A DNA stretch of 64,000 bases from an uncultured Candidatus Saccharibacteria bacterium (GCA_964538815.1 CAZIHL010000001.1:1070-65069); one strand, 5' to 3'. Shown: positions 27,828 to 38,322, counted from the first letter of the stretch. Made by a program: numbers and translations. The notes: generated by a model not told the origin, from the sequence alone.

Positions 27828-28592
27828 ATGAATATAAATAAAGATTTAGGATTTGTTTTTAAAGAATTTGTCAGTTCTTCTCATCATGCTTTTTTATTAG
27901 AAATAAAAAATAGGGAAAAAGTTTTTGATTATTTTGAAAGTAAAATAAAAGAAGAAAATAATTCTAATGAAAATTTATTTTTGAATTTAAAAGTTTTTGA
28001 TATTGAAAAAGCTCGAAGTATTTTAGATTATGGAAAGACAAATTTTTATTCTAAGCATTTTGTTGTGATTTCTTTTTATTCTATAAATCATGAAGCTCAA
28101 AATACATTATTAAAATTTCTAGAAGAAGCTGGAGAAAATATAAAAATTGTTTTGATAATTCATGAGGGGGCAAGTATTTTGCCAACAATTTATTCTAGAC
28201 TTTATAAATTAAATGTTTTTGAGACAAAACTAGAAAGTGGTGAAGATGAAAACTTTTTAAGAGAATCAGCAGAAATATTTTTAAAGACTAAAAATATAAA
28301 TAGAATGAATCTAAAAGAAGTAAAAGATATTTTGAGTCGTAAAGATGAATATGCGCTTTTAAATGAAGATAAAGAGAGAAATGATAGAGAAGTGTTAGAA
28401 AAATTTTTAATAAAAATACACGATATAGTTTTTGAAAAATATGAAGAGATTATTTCTGAAAATATATATGAAAGTAGAAAATATTTAGAATATTTGGAAG
28501 ACATACTTGATTCTGTCCGATACGCAAAAAATAATTCTAGTAGTGGAAAGGTTTTGCTTGAGTATTTATCTTTGAAGTTGCCAATAATTTAA
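27828..28592 (+). CDS. holB: DNA polymerase III delta'-like protein (divergent)
   Basis: HHAFLL, EAQNTLLKFLEE, ILPTIYSR. Confidence 0.7.
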   Translation: MNINKDLGFVFKEFVSSSHHAFLLEIKNREKVFDYFESKIKEENNSNENLFLNLKVFDIEKARSILDYGKTNFYSKHFVVISFYSINHEAQNTLLKFLEEAGENIKIVLIIHEGASILPTIYSRLYKLNVFETKLESGEDENFLRESAEIFLKTKNINRMNLKEVKDILSRKDEYALLNEDKERNDREVLEKFLIKIHDIVFEKYEEIISENIYESRKYLEYLEDILDSVRYAKNNSSSGKVLLEYLSLKLPII

Positions 28593-28621
28593 ATAAATAA
28601 TATAATTTGAAAAACAAAAAT

Positions 28622-29176
28622 ATGTCTTACGATTTTAAAAAATTTAAAGAAGAAAAAGAAAAAATTATTAGCTATTTAGCTAATGAATATAAATCTATAC
28701 AAACCGGAGCTGCCACAGCACAAGTTTTAGATATGATTTCTATAGATGCTTATGGGTCAAAAATGAATATTCCTCATGTTGCATCTGTTACAGTAGAAAG
28801 TTCTGCTAATTTATTAGTTTCTCCATATGATAAAAATCTTTTAAAAGAAATTGAAAAAGCTATAAATGAAGCAGATCTTGGGCTCTCAACTTCGCCAGAC
28901 AGTGAAGGTATTCGTGTATTTTTCCCAAAACCAACAACTGAAGGCAGACAAAGAATGGTGAAAGTTATTAAAGAGAGATTGGAAGAAGCGAGAGTAAAGA
29001 TTCGTGGTGTTCGTGAAGAATTAAAAAAAGAAATTGAAAAAGCTGCAAAAGAAGGAGAATTTGGAAAAGATGAGGAGGCTAAATATCTTGAAGAATTGCA
29101 ATCTTTGGTAAATGAATCAAATCGTGAGCTTGAAGAAATGTATAATAAAAAGGAAAAAGATGTATTGGGCGAATAA
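28622..29176 (+). CDS. frr: Ribosome recycling factor
   Basis: IQTGAA, IEKAINEADLGL, P-T-T-E-G-R; start at ATG 28622. Confidence 0.93.
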   Translation: MSYDFKKFKEEKEKIISYLANEYKSIQTGAATAQVLDMISIDAYGSKMNIPHVASVTVESSANLLVSPYDKNLLKEIEKAINEADLGLSTSPDSEGIRVFFPKPTTEGRQRMVKVIKERLEEARVKIRGVREELKKEIEKAAKEGEFGKDEEAKYLEELQSLVNESNRELEEMYNKKEKDVLGE

Positions 29177-29209
29177 ATATCTCTTTCTTTGTGTTAAAAT
29201 TTATTTTAT

Positions 29210-30388
29210 ATGACAATAGTAATTTTTATAATAATCCTACTCGCTTTAGTTATTATTCACGAAGCGGGACACTTTTTTGCAGCTAAATCTTCAAAAGTAA
29301 GAGTAGATGAATTTGCTTTTGGATTTCCTCCAAGACTTTTTTCAATTAAAAAAGGTGAAACAACTTATGCTTTTAATGCTTTACCTCTCGGTGGGTATGT
29401 AAAAATCCATGGTGAAAATGGTGAAGATGAAAAAGAAGGAAAGGAGAAAGATAAAAGAAATTTTGCTAATAAACATCCTCTCATAAAAATATTTATATTG
29501 GCTGCAGGAGTATTAATGAATTTAGTGCTTGCATATATTTTAATCACTGTCTCAGTATACATAAGTACAACTTTTGCGATAGATAGAGAAAGTCATGAAT
29601 ACAAAACTTTTGTAGAAGAGGGCAGGATAAAAGATGAAAGAGTAATCATTGCAAATGTTATTAAAAATTCTCCAGCAGATAATGCAGGACTAAAGCCGGG
29701 AGACAAAATAGATAAAATTTATTCAAACAATGAAGATGCAGCAGGTAAAGTGTCAGTTAAAAAATCTGTAAATCTCGACGCGTCAGGCGATGAAATAACT
29801 GAAAAAGTTTCTAAAATAATAAATAATATTGATAGTAAATTTAGTGATTCTATTACCATAGTGTACAAAAATAGTAAAGGTGAAGTAAATGAATCAACTA
29901 TCGCTGGGATATATAATCTTGAAGGAAATAAAGATAAGAAAATGGTTGGGCTTTCTTTTGGAAAAGTCGCAACAATAAATTTAAAGTTTGGTGAAGCTAT
30001 AAAAATAGGTTGGGAAAAGACAGTAGAATTTACCAAGCTTACGCTTATTGGATTTAAAGATTTATTTGTTAATTTATTTTCTAAAGGAGAACTTTCTGAA
30101 AATATTGCTGGACCTGTTGGAATGGTAAGAGAAGTTGGAAATGTTCGCGAAATGGGATTCAATTATTTACTTTTGTTCACTGCTGTACTTTCTATTTCAC
30201 TCGCTGTATTTAATATACTTCCATTTCCAGCTCTTGATGGAGGAAGAATATTATTTGTTTTAATTGAATGGATAACAGGCAAAAAGATTTCTGAAAAATG
30301 GCAAAATATTTTAAATGGTGCCGGGTTTCTACTACTCATACTGCTAATGATATTTGTAACAGTGAAGGATGTGATGAAGTTGTTTTAA
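29210..30388 (+). CDS. rseP: RseP-family site-2 metalloprotease with PDZ domain
   Basis: HEAGH, PLGGYV, NSPA PDZ motif, NILPFPALDGG. Confidence 0.92.
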   Translation: MTIVIFIIILLALVIIHEAGHFFAAKSSKVRVDEFAFGFPPRLFSIKKGETTYAFNALPLGGYVKIHGENGEDEKEGKEKDKRNFANKHPLIKIFILAAGVLMNLVLAYILITVSVYISTTFAIDRESHEYKTFVEEGRIKDERVIIANVIKNSPADNAGLKPGDKIDKIYSNNEDAAGKVSVKKSVNLDASGDEITEKVSKIINNIDSKFSDSITIVYKNSKGEVNESTIAGIYNLEGNKDKKMVGLSFGKVATINLKFGEAIKIGWEKTVEFTKLTLIGFKDLFVNLFSKGELSENIAGPVGMVREVGNVREMGFNYLLLFTAVLSISLAVFNILPFPALDGGRILFVLIEWITGKKISEKWQNILNGAGFLLLILLMIFVTVKDVMKLF

Positions 30389-30536
30389 AAAAATAATAAA
30401 GTAAAAAACCACTTTAAGAGAGTGGTTTTTTATAGTTTAGTTCTTATTTCATTATATCACATAAAATCTATATTTGTCAAGTATTTATATCATTTCTCTT
30501 ATGCTAAAATTACCTTTATAAAACAAGACTAAAAAT

Positions 30537-31811
30537 ATGCTTCAATCAAAACTTTTTACTAAAACTAAAAAAGAAGTTCCAGCTGATGAGACTAGTAATA
30601 ATGCAAAGCTTTTAATTCAAGCCGGGTATGTTTTTAAAGAAATGGCAGGAGTTTACACTCTTCTTCCACTAGGGCTTCGAGTAGTGCAAAAGATTGAAAA
30701 TATTATACGGGAAGAAATGAATGCGATTGGCGGAACTGAAATGAAAACAACTGCTATTCAAACAAAAGAAGTCTGGGAAAAGACAAATAGATGGAATGAT
30801 GAAGTGGTTGATAATTGGTTTAAGACAAATTTAAAAAATGGTACAGAAGTTGGACTTTCATTTACTAATGAAGAAGCTTATGCAAATATTATGAAGCATT
30901 ATATTTCCTCATACAAAGATTTACCAATCTATCCGTACGACTTTAAAACTATTTTTAGAAATGAAGCAAGAAGCAAGTCTGGGTTAATGCGTGGAAGAGA
31001 ATTTTACTGGAAAGCACTTTATTCTTTTTCAAAAAATAAAGAAGAACATGATAGATTTTATGAAAAAGCAGAAGAAGCATATAGAAAAGTTTTTGATAGA
31101 GTTGGCTTAGGAGAAAAAACATATTTTACTTTTGCGAGTGGAGGGACTTTTGCAAAATTTTCTCATGAGTTTCAAACTCTTTCAGAAGCAGGAGAGGATA
31201 CAATATATGTGGACGAAGAAAAAAAGATTGCAGTAAATAAAGAAGTGTTAACAGATGAAGTGCTTGCAGATCTTGAAATAGATAGAGAAAATTTGATAGA
31301 GAAAAAAGCAATAGAAGTTGGAAATATTTTTAGTCTCGCATATAAATTTTCTGACCCAATAAATCTTTCATATAAAAATAACGAAGGAGAAGAAGAAAAA
31401 GTTTTTATGGGTAGCTATGGAATTGGTATTACAAGACTTGTAGGTACCATTGTAGAAGTTTTTTCTGATCAGAAAGGAATTGTGTGGCCAGAAGCAGTTG
31501 CTCCATTTAAAATTCACTTAATTTCACTTTTTGATAATAAAGAATCTCATGAATATAAAGTAGCTGAAGATATATATAAAAAACTTTTAGAAAAAGATGT
31601 GGAGGTACTTTTTGATGACAGAGAAGGAAAGAGTGCGGGAGAGAAATTTAATGATGCAGATCTAATAGGAATACCAGTACGTATAGTTGTATCTAAAAAG
31701 ACCGCAAATCTTGGAAGTGTAGAGTTGAAAAAAAGATCTGAAGAGATAAAGGATGCAAAGATAATTAGTGTCGAAGAGCTTCTGAGAAGCATTTTCATAG
31801 AACAGAAATAA
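30537..31811 (+). CDS. proS: Proline--tRNA ligase (short form without editing insertion)
   Basis: FRNEAR..SGLMRGREF, IEVGNIF, MGSYGIG; C-terminal anticodon-binding domain. Confidence 0.93.
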   Translation: MLQSKLFTKTKKEVPADETSNNAKLLIQAGYVFKEMAGVYTLLPLGLRVVQKIENIIREEMNAIGGTEMKTTAIQTKEVWEKTNRWNDEVVDNWFKTNLKNGTEVGLSFTNEEAYANIMKHYISSYKDLPIYPYDFKTIFRNEARSKSGLMRGREFYWKALYSFSKNKEEHDRFYEKAEEAYRKVFDRVGLGEKTYFTFASGGTFAKFSHEFQTLSEAGEDTIYVDEEKKIAVNKEVLTDEVLADLEIDRENLIEKKAIEVGNIFSLAYKFSDPINLSYKNNEGEEEKVFMGSYGIGITRLVGTIVEVFSDQKGIVWPEAVAPFKIHLISLFDNKESHEYKVAEDIYKKLLEKDVEVLFDDREGKSAGEKFNDADLIGIPVRIVVSKKTANLGSVELKKRSEEIKDAKIISVEELLRSIFIEQK

Positions 31812-31841
31812 AAAAGTACACCTAATAGGTGTACTTTGGCT

Positions 31842-32237
31842 TTAATATATTCTACTATTAACTGCGATGTGGATTCTTGATCTGTAAAAGGTTGCTTCTA
31901 CACTTCTACCAACAATCTGGGCTCTACCTATCCAAAATCCATTTACATAATAGTCGTACCACATTATGGTACCACCATATACATATCTCAGATTTCCAGC
32001 TTGAGTTACATTTAGTCTGTAACCCGCAAGGTTCATAATTCTATTTTCATAAATAGAAGTTGTGGATTGGTCAATTCTCCTACCATACCTTTGGATTCTG
32101 CTTATGAGATTTTGATAACCGTATGGTCCCAAATCCTCATATTGCATAAACGCATCAGTCGGCTGATAGTAACCATACTGAGCTTTTACAGAGGCAAAAG
32201 ACATTGAAATTACGAGTAACAAAAATAATCTTTTCAT
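31842..32237 (-). CDS. Hypothetical secreted protein
   Basis: Signal peptide MKRLFLLLVISMSFASVKA-Q; Tyr/Gly-rich; own TTGACA-17-TATACT promoter. Confidence 0.7.
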   Translation of the reverse strand: MKRLFLLLVISMSFASVKAQYGYYQPTDAFMQYEDLGPYGYQNLISRIQRYGRRIDQSTTSIYENRIMNLAGYRLNVTQAGNLRYVYGGTIMWYDYYVNGFWIGRAQIVGRSVEATFYRSRIHIAVNSRIY

Positions 32238-32345
32238 TGTTAAAAATTTTTCTTTTAAGGAAATATTTTGCTGATTATAGTATAAAATTATAGATTTATT
32301 TTGTCAAGTATAAAATTATGTGATAATATATAGGAACTTTTAGCT

Positions 32346-33404
32346 ATGTTTAGAAAGTATTTTTCAAAATTCTCTAATGACATTGGTATTGATCTTGGTA
32401 CCACAAACACCCTTGTATCCTTGGCAGGCGAAGGTATTGTTATTAATGAGCCGTCAGTCGTTGCAATAAATAATAAAACAAACAAAATTGTAGCACTTGG
32501 AACTGAAGCTAAAAATATGATGGGTAGAACTCCAGAACATATAAGCATAGTTCGTCCTATTATTGACGGAGTTATTTCGGATTATGAAGTGACAGAAGAA
32601 TTTCTTTCTTATTTAATTAATAAAGCAAATAGTCTTAATAAAAAGTTTTTAAGACCAAGAGTTGTTATAGGTATACCAATCGGTGTAACTGATGTTGAAA
32701 TACGAGCGGTAGAAGATGCTGCAATTGCAGCTGGGGCGGGAGAAATTTATATAATAGAAGAGCCAGCAGCAGCGGCTATAGGTATGGGTCTTTCTATAGA
32801 TACTCCAAAAGGTATAATGGTTGTGGATATAGGTGGAGGAACAACAGATATAGCAATATTATCATTATCTGGTATTGTAAAAAGAAAAAGTTTAAAAATA
32901 GCTGGTGATAAAATGAATCAAGATATAATTTCTTATATTAAAAATAATTATAAAATGATAATTGGTGAAAAGACTAGTGAAGAAATAAAAATAGAAGTGG
33001 GGTCCGTTTTAAATGAAGAATATAATAATCTAAGAGAGGTTGCTGTGAAAGGTCGAGATTTAGTATCTGGTTTACCAAAAGAAATAATAATAAACGAATT
33101 AGATATTAGAGAAGCGATTTTACCAAATATTTACCAAATAATAGAAGCTGTTAAAGAAATATTAGAAACAACACCACCAGAAGTTTTGGGTGATATTTTA
33201 GAAAACGGTATCGTTTTAACGGGAGGAGGTTCTCTTATAAAAAATATAGATAAATTTTTTAAAACGGAATTAAGTGTACATACTTATATATCAGAAAATC
33301 CTTTAATTGATGTTGCAAAAGGAGCTGAAAAAATTTTATCCAATATGGATAAACATAATCAATTAATTATAAAAGACTCAAAAGATATCGTGCTTATAGA
33401 TTAA
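32346..33404 (+). CDS. mreB: Rod shape-determining protein MreB (operonic copy)
   Basis: DIGIDLGTTNT, VDIGGGTTD; followed by mreC and mrdA. Confidence 0.95.
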   Translation: MFRKYFSKFSNDIGIDLGTTNTLVSLAGEGIVINEPSVVAINNKTNKIVALGTEAKNMMGRTPEHISIVRPIIDGVISDYEVTEEFLSYLINKANSLNKKFLRPRVVIGIPIGVTDVEIRAVEDAAIAAGAGEIYIIEEPAAAAIGMGLSIDTPKGIMVVDIGGGTTDIAILSLSGIVKRKSLKIAGDKMNQDIISYIKNNYKMIIGEKTSEEIKIEVGSVLNEEYNNLREVAVKGRDLVSGLPKEIIINELDIREAILPNIYQIIEAVKEILETTPPEVLGDILENGIVLTGGGSLIKNIDKFFKTELSVHTYISENPLIDVAKGAEKILSNMDKHNQLIIKDSKDIVLID

Positions 33405-33430
33405 TTTTAAATATAGTATAATTTATTATT

Positions 33431-34309
33431 ATGATTATCAATAGAAAAAAATTTTTTAAGTTAAATTTTTTTTATATTATTTTTTATATTATTTTTTTAT
33501 TTATATTTCCTAGTTTAAAAAAATATTTGGATGGAGATATTTTATCTATAAATAAGAGTGCTAAAATATTAAATTTAGCCAATAAATCTACGAATTTAGC
33601 ATTATATTCTTTTAATAATGTAATTGAATATTTTTATTCACGAAAATATTTATTAAGTGAAATGGATAAATTAAAATTAGAATTAGAACAAGCAAAAAAT
33701 AGACATATTTTAGATTTAAATCAAGAGAATAATAATAAGCAAATAATAGTAGCTAAGAAAATTTTTACAGATTTTACAAATATATATGACAATTTACTCA
33801 TAAATAAAGGATCAGACGATGGCGTACTAGAAGGAGACATTGTATTTACTTATGAAAATAATTTAATAGGTAAAGTGTATAAAGTTAATAAAAATTCTTC
33901 TCTTGTAATACTTTTCTCAAAAGATAAAGAAAAAGTTGAAGGTATTATAAAAGCTGTTAAAAATAATAATACAGTGTCTCTTAAAGAAGCATTAGATTTT
34001 GATAAAAATGAAATTGAAATAAATAGTTCATCCAGTAAAGCAATTACTGATTTAGAAAAAAATAAAAATAGCATCGAAGATATTTTGATAGATGTAATAG
34101 GATATGGCGGTGGTGATTTTATATCTTTCATACCAGGAAATTTAGAAGTATCAGTAGGGGATCGTATTTATTATGCTTTAGATGATAAAAAATATATAGG
34201 AGAAGTAGTTAGTATAGAAAAACAAGATGCATCTTTTTATAAAGTTTTATTAATAAGAGGTTATTATAATTCTAGATTAAATAATGATTATTATATTTTA
34301 AGAAATTAA
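33431..34309 (+). CDS. mreC: Rod shape-determining protein MreC (divergent)
   Basis: TM, coiled coil, LLINKGSDDGV..GD.V...LIGKV; operon position. Confidence 0.8.
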   Translation: MIINRKKFFKLNFFYIIFYIIFLFIFPSLKKYLDGDILSINKSAKILNLANKSTNLALYSFNNVIEYFYSRKYLLSEMDKLKLELEQAKNRHILDLNQENNNKQIIVAKKIFTDFTNIYDNLLINKGSDDGVLEGDIVFTYENNLIGKVYKVNKNSSLVILFSKDKEKVEGIIKAVKNNNTVSLKEALDFDKNEIEINSSSSKAITDLEKNKNSIEDILIDVIGYGGGDFISFIPGNLEVSVGDRIYYALDDKKYIGEVVSIEKQDASFYKVLLIRGYYNSRLNNDYYILRN

Positions 34310-34313
34310 AAAT

Positions 34314-34484
34314 ATGGAAAAAAATAATTTTATAAAAATAATATTTAAGATTTTACTTATTTTAATATTTATATTTTGTGTTTTTTATGATGCTGGGTTA
34401 TCAAATATAAATTTCCCGTTTTTATCTTCTATATTTTTTGGTTTATTTATGATTTTTAATTTAACTAAAAATATATTTAGATAA
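34314..34484 (+). CDS. 56-aa two-TM protein in the mreD position (not in ORF track)
   Basis: MEKNNFIKIIFKILLILIFIFCVFYDAGLSNINFPFLSSIFFGLFMIFNLTKNIFR*; 4-nt gaps to mreC and mrdA. Confidence 0.7.
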   Translation: MEKNNFIKIIFKILLILIFIFCVFYDAGLSNINFPFLSSIFFGLFMIFNLTKNIFR

Positions 34485-34488
34485 TATT

Positions 34489-36246
34489 ATGGTTAGAAAT
34501 ATTTTTAAAAAAGTATTAAAGAGAAAAAAAATAAGTGGTGGAGAAATAAATCCAGAAGATATTTTTTTAGATTCTTCAAATTTAGTTGGTTTAGATATGG
34601 ATAGACAAGAAGGGACTTTAGCTAAACCAATATCTAAATTTATGGAGTATTTACCAGGAATGTTATTAATAATAGTATTTTTATTTTTTATACATAGATT
34701 ATACATAATACAAGTAAAGGATTATATTATATACAAGGAAAAAGCTGACAATAATAGATATAATGCACACCTAATTTTAGCTAATCGTGGAGAAATATTT
34801 GATAGAAATGGAAAGATATTAGCAGAAAATATCATATCTTCCACAACCAATATTTTAAAAAGAGAGTATATAAAAGATGGAGGATTTTCTAATATGCTTG
34901 GGTATATTTCTTATCCTAAAAAAGATAATTTGAATAATTATTGGCAAGATAATTATATAGGTAAAGATGGTTTAGAACTCATATATCAAGATTTACTTAC
35001 TGGAATTAATGGAAAACAAATAGTAGAAAAAGATGTTAAATCTTTAATAAAGTCAGAAAATTTAATAATTAGACCTATTTCTGGAACTAATCTAAATTTA
35101 ACTATAGATTCAATCTTACAGAAGAAATTATTTAACTCTATGAAAGATGTTGTAGAAAATAGAAGATTTGTATCTGCAACTGGAATAATAATGGATGTGA
35201 ATAATGGTGAAATCTTAGCGATTACTAATTACCCAGAATATGATAATAATTTAATGACAAATGCCGAAGGTGTGGAAGATAATAAAAAAATAAATAATTT
35301 ACTTAAAGATAAAAGAACTCCATTTTTAAACCGTGCAGTAGCTGGTCTTTTTACTCCTGGGTCTGTAGTAAAACCTTTTATGGCTTATGCAGCTCTTAAT
35401 GAAAAAATAATTACTCCAGAGAAACAAATTTTATCTGTCGGACAGATTGTTATACCAAATATCTACGATGGTCCAGATACAGTTTTTAGAGATTGGAAAG
35501 TGCATGGATGGATAAATGTTGTTAGAGCTATAGCTCAATCATCAGATGAATATTTTTATCAAGTAGGTGGTGGTTATAAGGATCAGCCAGGTTTGGGTAT
35601 TAGTAAAATTGATGAATATGCAAAACTTTTTGGATTTACAAGTGGTACCGGCATAGATTTGCCAAATGAAGAAACGGGAGTTATCCCAACACCAGAATGG
35701 AAAAGAATTAATTTTGTAGACAGTGAGTGGAGAATAGGAGATACTTACCATACATCAATAGGACAATATGGTTTTCAAGTAACTCCTGTAGAACTAATTA
35801 GATATATCGCGTCTATTGCAAATGGTGGGAATTTAGTAACTCCACATCTTTTCCTTTCAGCTTCTTCTTCCGAAATTGGTTCTAATATAGACTTGATTCA
35901 AAAATATAATTCAAAAACATGGCCCATTACAAATCTCAATTTAAATGAATATGCTTTAAAATATGTAAAAGAAGGTATGAGAGAGGTTGTGTTATCTGAT
36001 GGCACAGTACCACAATTAAATATTTCAGGGTTAAATGTTGCAGCAAAATCTGGTACAGCAGAACTTGGAGTAGTAAAAGGTAAAGTAAACTCTCTGATGA
36101 CAGGATATTTCCCATTTGATAATCCAAAATATGCTTTTGCAGTAGTTGTAGAAAATGGGCCAGTAGGAGGAACTTCAGCAGGAGCTCAAGTTATAAAACC
36201 AGTACTTGAATATATAGCTCAAAATATAGATCAATATTTAAAATAG
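34489..36246 (+). CDS. mrdA: Penicillin-binding protein 2
   Basis: RGEIFDRNG, PGSVVK (SxxK), SSD, KSGTAE. Confidence 0.9.
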   Translation: MVRNIFKKVLKRKKISGGEINPEDIFLDSSNLVGLDMDRQEGTLAKPISKFMEYLPGMLLIIVFLFFIHRLYIIQVKDYIIYKEKADNNRYNAHLILANRGEIFDRNGKILAENIISSTTNILKREYIKDGGFSNMLGYISYPKKDNLNNYWQDNYIGKDGLELIYQDLLTGINGKQIVEKDVKSLIKSENLIIRPISGTNLNLTIDSILQKKLFNSMKDVVENRRFVSATGIIMDVNNGEILAITNYPEYDNNLMTNAEGVEDNKKINNLLKDKRTPFLNRAVAGLFTPGSVVKPFMAYAALNEKIITPEKQILSVGQIVIPNIYDGPDTVFRDWKVHGWINVVRAIAQSSDEYFYQVGGGYKDQPGLGISKIDEYAKLFGFTSGTGIDLPNEETGVIPTPEWKRINFVDSEWRIGDTYHTSIGQYGFQVTPVELIRYIASIANGGNLVTPHLFLSASSSEIGSNIDLIQKYNSKTWPITNLNLNEYALKYVKEGMREVVLSDGTVPQLNISGLNVAAKSGTAELGVVKGKVNSLMTGYFPFDNPKYAFAVVVENGPVGGTSAGAQVIKPVLEYIAQNIDQYLK

Positions 36247-36308
36247 TTTTTATACTTCAAAAAAAATGAAAAATATGTTATAATTTATTTCATAAATAAA
36301 AAACTATT

Positions 36309-36782
36309 ATGGTAAAAGAAGTAAAAGAATATTTAACAAGTGAGAAAAAAGTAGAGCTTGAAAAAGAGTTAGAGAATTTAAAAACTGTAAAAAGAAAAGA
36401 AATTGCTGATGCAATTGAATGGGCAAAGTCTCTTGGAGACCTTGCAGAAAATGCAGAATATTCTCAAGCTCGTGAAGATCAAGCTAGATGTGAAGCTAGA
36501 ATTGGTGAAATAGAAAACATTTTACAAAACGCTATTATTGCTGATACTCATAATATAAAAAATGGTATCGGAGTAGGATCAACTGTAATAGTTAAAAAGG
36601 TAGGAGAAAATTTTGAGCAAACTTATACCATAGTAGGTTCTGAAGAAGTTGATATTGAAGAAGGAAAAATATCAAACGAGTCTCCACTTGGAAATGCATT
36701 ACTTGGAAAGGATAAAGGGGATAAAGCAACTTTTATGACTCCAAAAGGTGAAGCGACTTATACAATAGTAAAATTTGATTAA
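36309..36782 (+). CDS. greA: Transcription elongation factor GreA
   Basis: GDLAENAEY, ISNESPLGNALLG. Confidence 0.96.
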   Translation: MVKEVKEYLTSEKKVELEKELENLKTVKRKEIADAIEWAKSLGDLAENAEYSQAREDQARCEARIGEIENILQNAIIADTHNIKNGIGVGSTVIVKKVGENFEQTYTIVGSEEVDIEEGKISNESPLGNALLGKDKGDKATFMTPKGEATYTIVKFD

Positions 36783-36861
36783 AATAAAAATCCCTGCATT
36801 TCGGGGATTTTTATTTTTTCTCAAAATACATTATAATGTTTTTATTATTTTGCAAATTATT

Positions 36862-38322
36862 ATGACATCTATTTTAGAATTAAAAGAAGAGAGATTAAAG
36901 AAGCTACAAAAGCTAAAGGAAAATGGATTTGACCCATTTACTGCAATCTCTGAAAAAACTTCATCTATAAAAAATTATTTAGAAAATTTTGACACTTTAG
37001 AAAAAGCAATACTTGCTGGAAGAATAATTTCTTCAAGAGGTCAGGGGAATTTAATTTTCTTTGATCTTTTTGACGGGTCAGACGAAACAAATGATTTAAG
37101 TAAAGTGCAAGCAATAATCAAAAATCCAGAGTCACCAGCTGAAGCTTTTCAGTTTTATAATGAATTTTTAGATATTGGAGACTTTGTGGAAGTAAGCGGT
37201 GAAAAGTTTTTAAGTAAAACAGGACAAAAAAGTATTTTAGTAAAAGAAATTAAAATTCTTACAAAGTCACTTCTTCCTCTTCCTGATAAATATCACGGTC
37301 TTCAAGATGAAGAATTAAAAATGAGATACAGATATCTTGATATTTTAACTGACGCAGAAAAGAGAGGACTCTTTTTCAAGAAAGCAAAATTTTGGAAAGT
37401 GGTCCGGGAATTTTTAAATAATAAAGGAATGCTTGAAGTTGAAACTCCGACTCTTGAAACTACAACTGGTGGCGCAGAAGCAAGACCTTTTAAAACCCAT
37501 CACAATGATTATGATATGGAGGTGTATATGCGTATTTGTGTGGGAGAGCTTTGGCAAAAGAGATTAATGGCAGCAGGATACAACGGCACATTTGAGATTG
37601 GTCGCGCTTATAGAAATGAAGGATCTTCCCCAGAGCATCTTCAAGAATTTACTAATTGCGAATTTTATATGCCATATGCTGACTATAAAGACGGAATGGA
37701 AATCGTAAAAGAGCTTTATAAAAAAATAGCGGTACAGGTATTTGGTAAAACAAAATTTGAAATGAAAGGATTTACTTTTGATTTGGAAGATGAGTGGGTA
37801 GAGATAGACTATGTAGAAGAAATTAAAAGGCAAACTGGAATAGACGCTTGGACTGCGAGTGATGAAGAGATTAAAAAGAAATTAGAAGACCTAAAAGTAA
37901 AATATGATGGAGATAATCGCGAAAGACTTCTTGATACACTTTGGAAGTATTGTAGAAAGAGTATTGCTGGTCCTGCCTTTCTAGTAAACCCTCCACTTAT
38001 TGTTGCACCACTCGCCAAAGCAAATCTTGACGGAAAAACTGCTCAGATGTTTCAGCCAATCTTAGCAGGAAGTGAGATCGGCCGCGGATATTCAGAATTA
38101 AATAATCCCATAGTCCAGAGAGAGAATTTTGAAGTTCAGAGTAAACTACTTGAAGGTGGGGATGAAGAAGCAATGATGCCTGATTATGACTTTGTTGAGA
38201 TGTTAGAGCATGGTATGCCTCCGACTTGTGGGTTTGGATTTGGAGATAGACTTTTTGCGTTCCTAGCTGGGCTTTCTCTACGCGAAACTATAATGTTTCC
38301 ACTGGTAAAGGAGAAGAAATAA
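36862..38322 (+). CDS. lysS: Lysine--tRNA ligase (class II)
   Basis: LPDKYHGL, GGAEARPF, YRNEG, GMPPTCGFGFG; start at ATG 36862. Confidence 0.95.
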   Translation: MTSILELKEERLKKLQKLKENGFDPFTAISEKTSSIKNYLENFDTLEKAILAGRIISSRGQGNLIFFDLFDGSDETNDLSKVQAIIKNPESPAEAFQFYNEFLDIGDFVEVSGEKFLSKTGQKSILVKEIKILTKSLLPLPDKYHGLQDEELKMRYRYLDILTDAEKRGLFFKKAKFWKVVREFLNNKGMLEVETPTLETTTGGAEARPFKTHHNDYDMEVYMRICVGELWQKRLMAAGYNGTFEIGRAYRNEGSSPEHLQEFTNCEFYMPYADYKDGMEIVKELYKKIAVQVFGKTKFEMKGFTFDLEDEWVEIDYVEEIKRQTGIDAWTASDEEIKKKLEDLKVKYDGDNRERLLDTLWKYCRKSIAGPAFLVNPPLIVAPLAKANLDGKTAQMFQPILAGSEIGRGYSELNNPIVQRENFEVQSKLLEGGDEEAMMPDYDFVEMLEHGMPPTCGFGFGDRLFAFLAGLSLRETIMFPLVKEKK

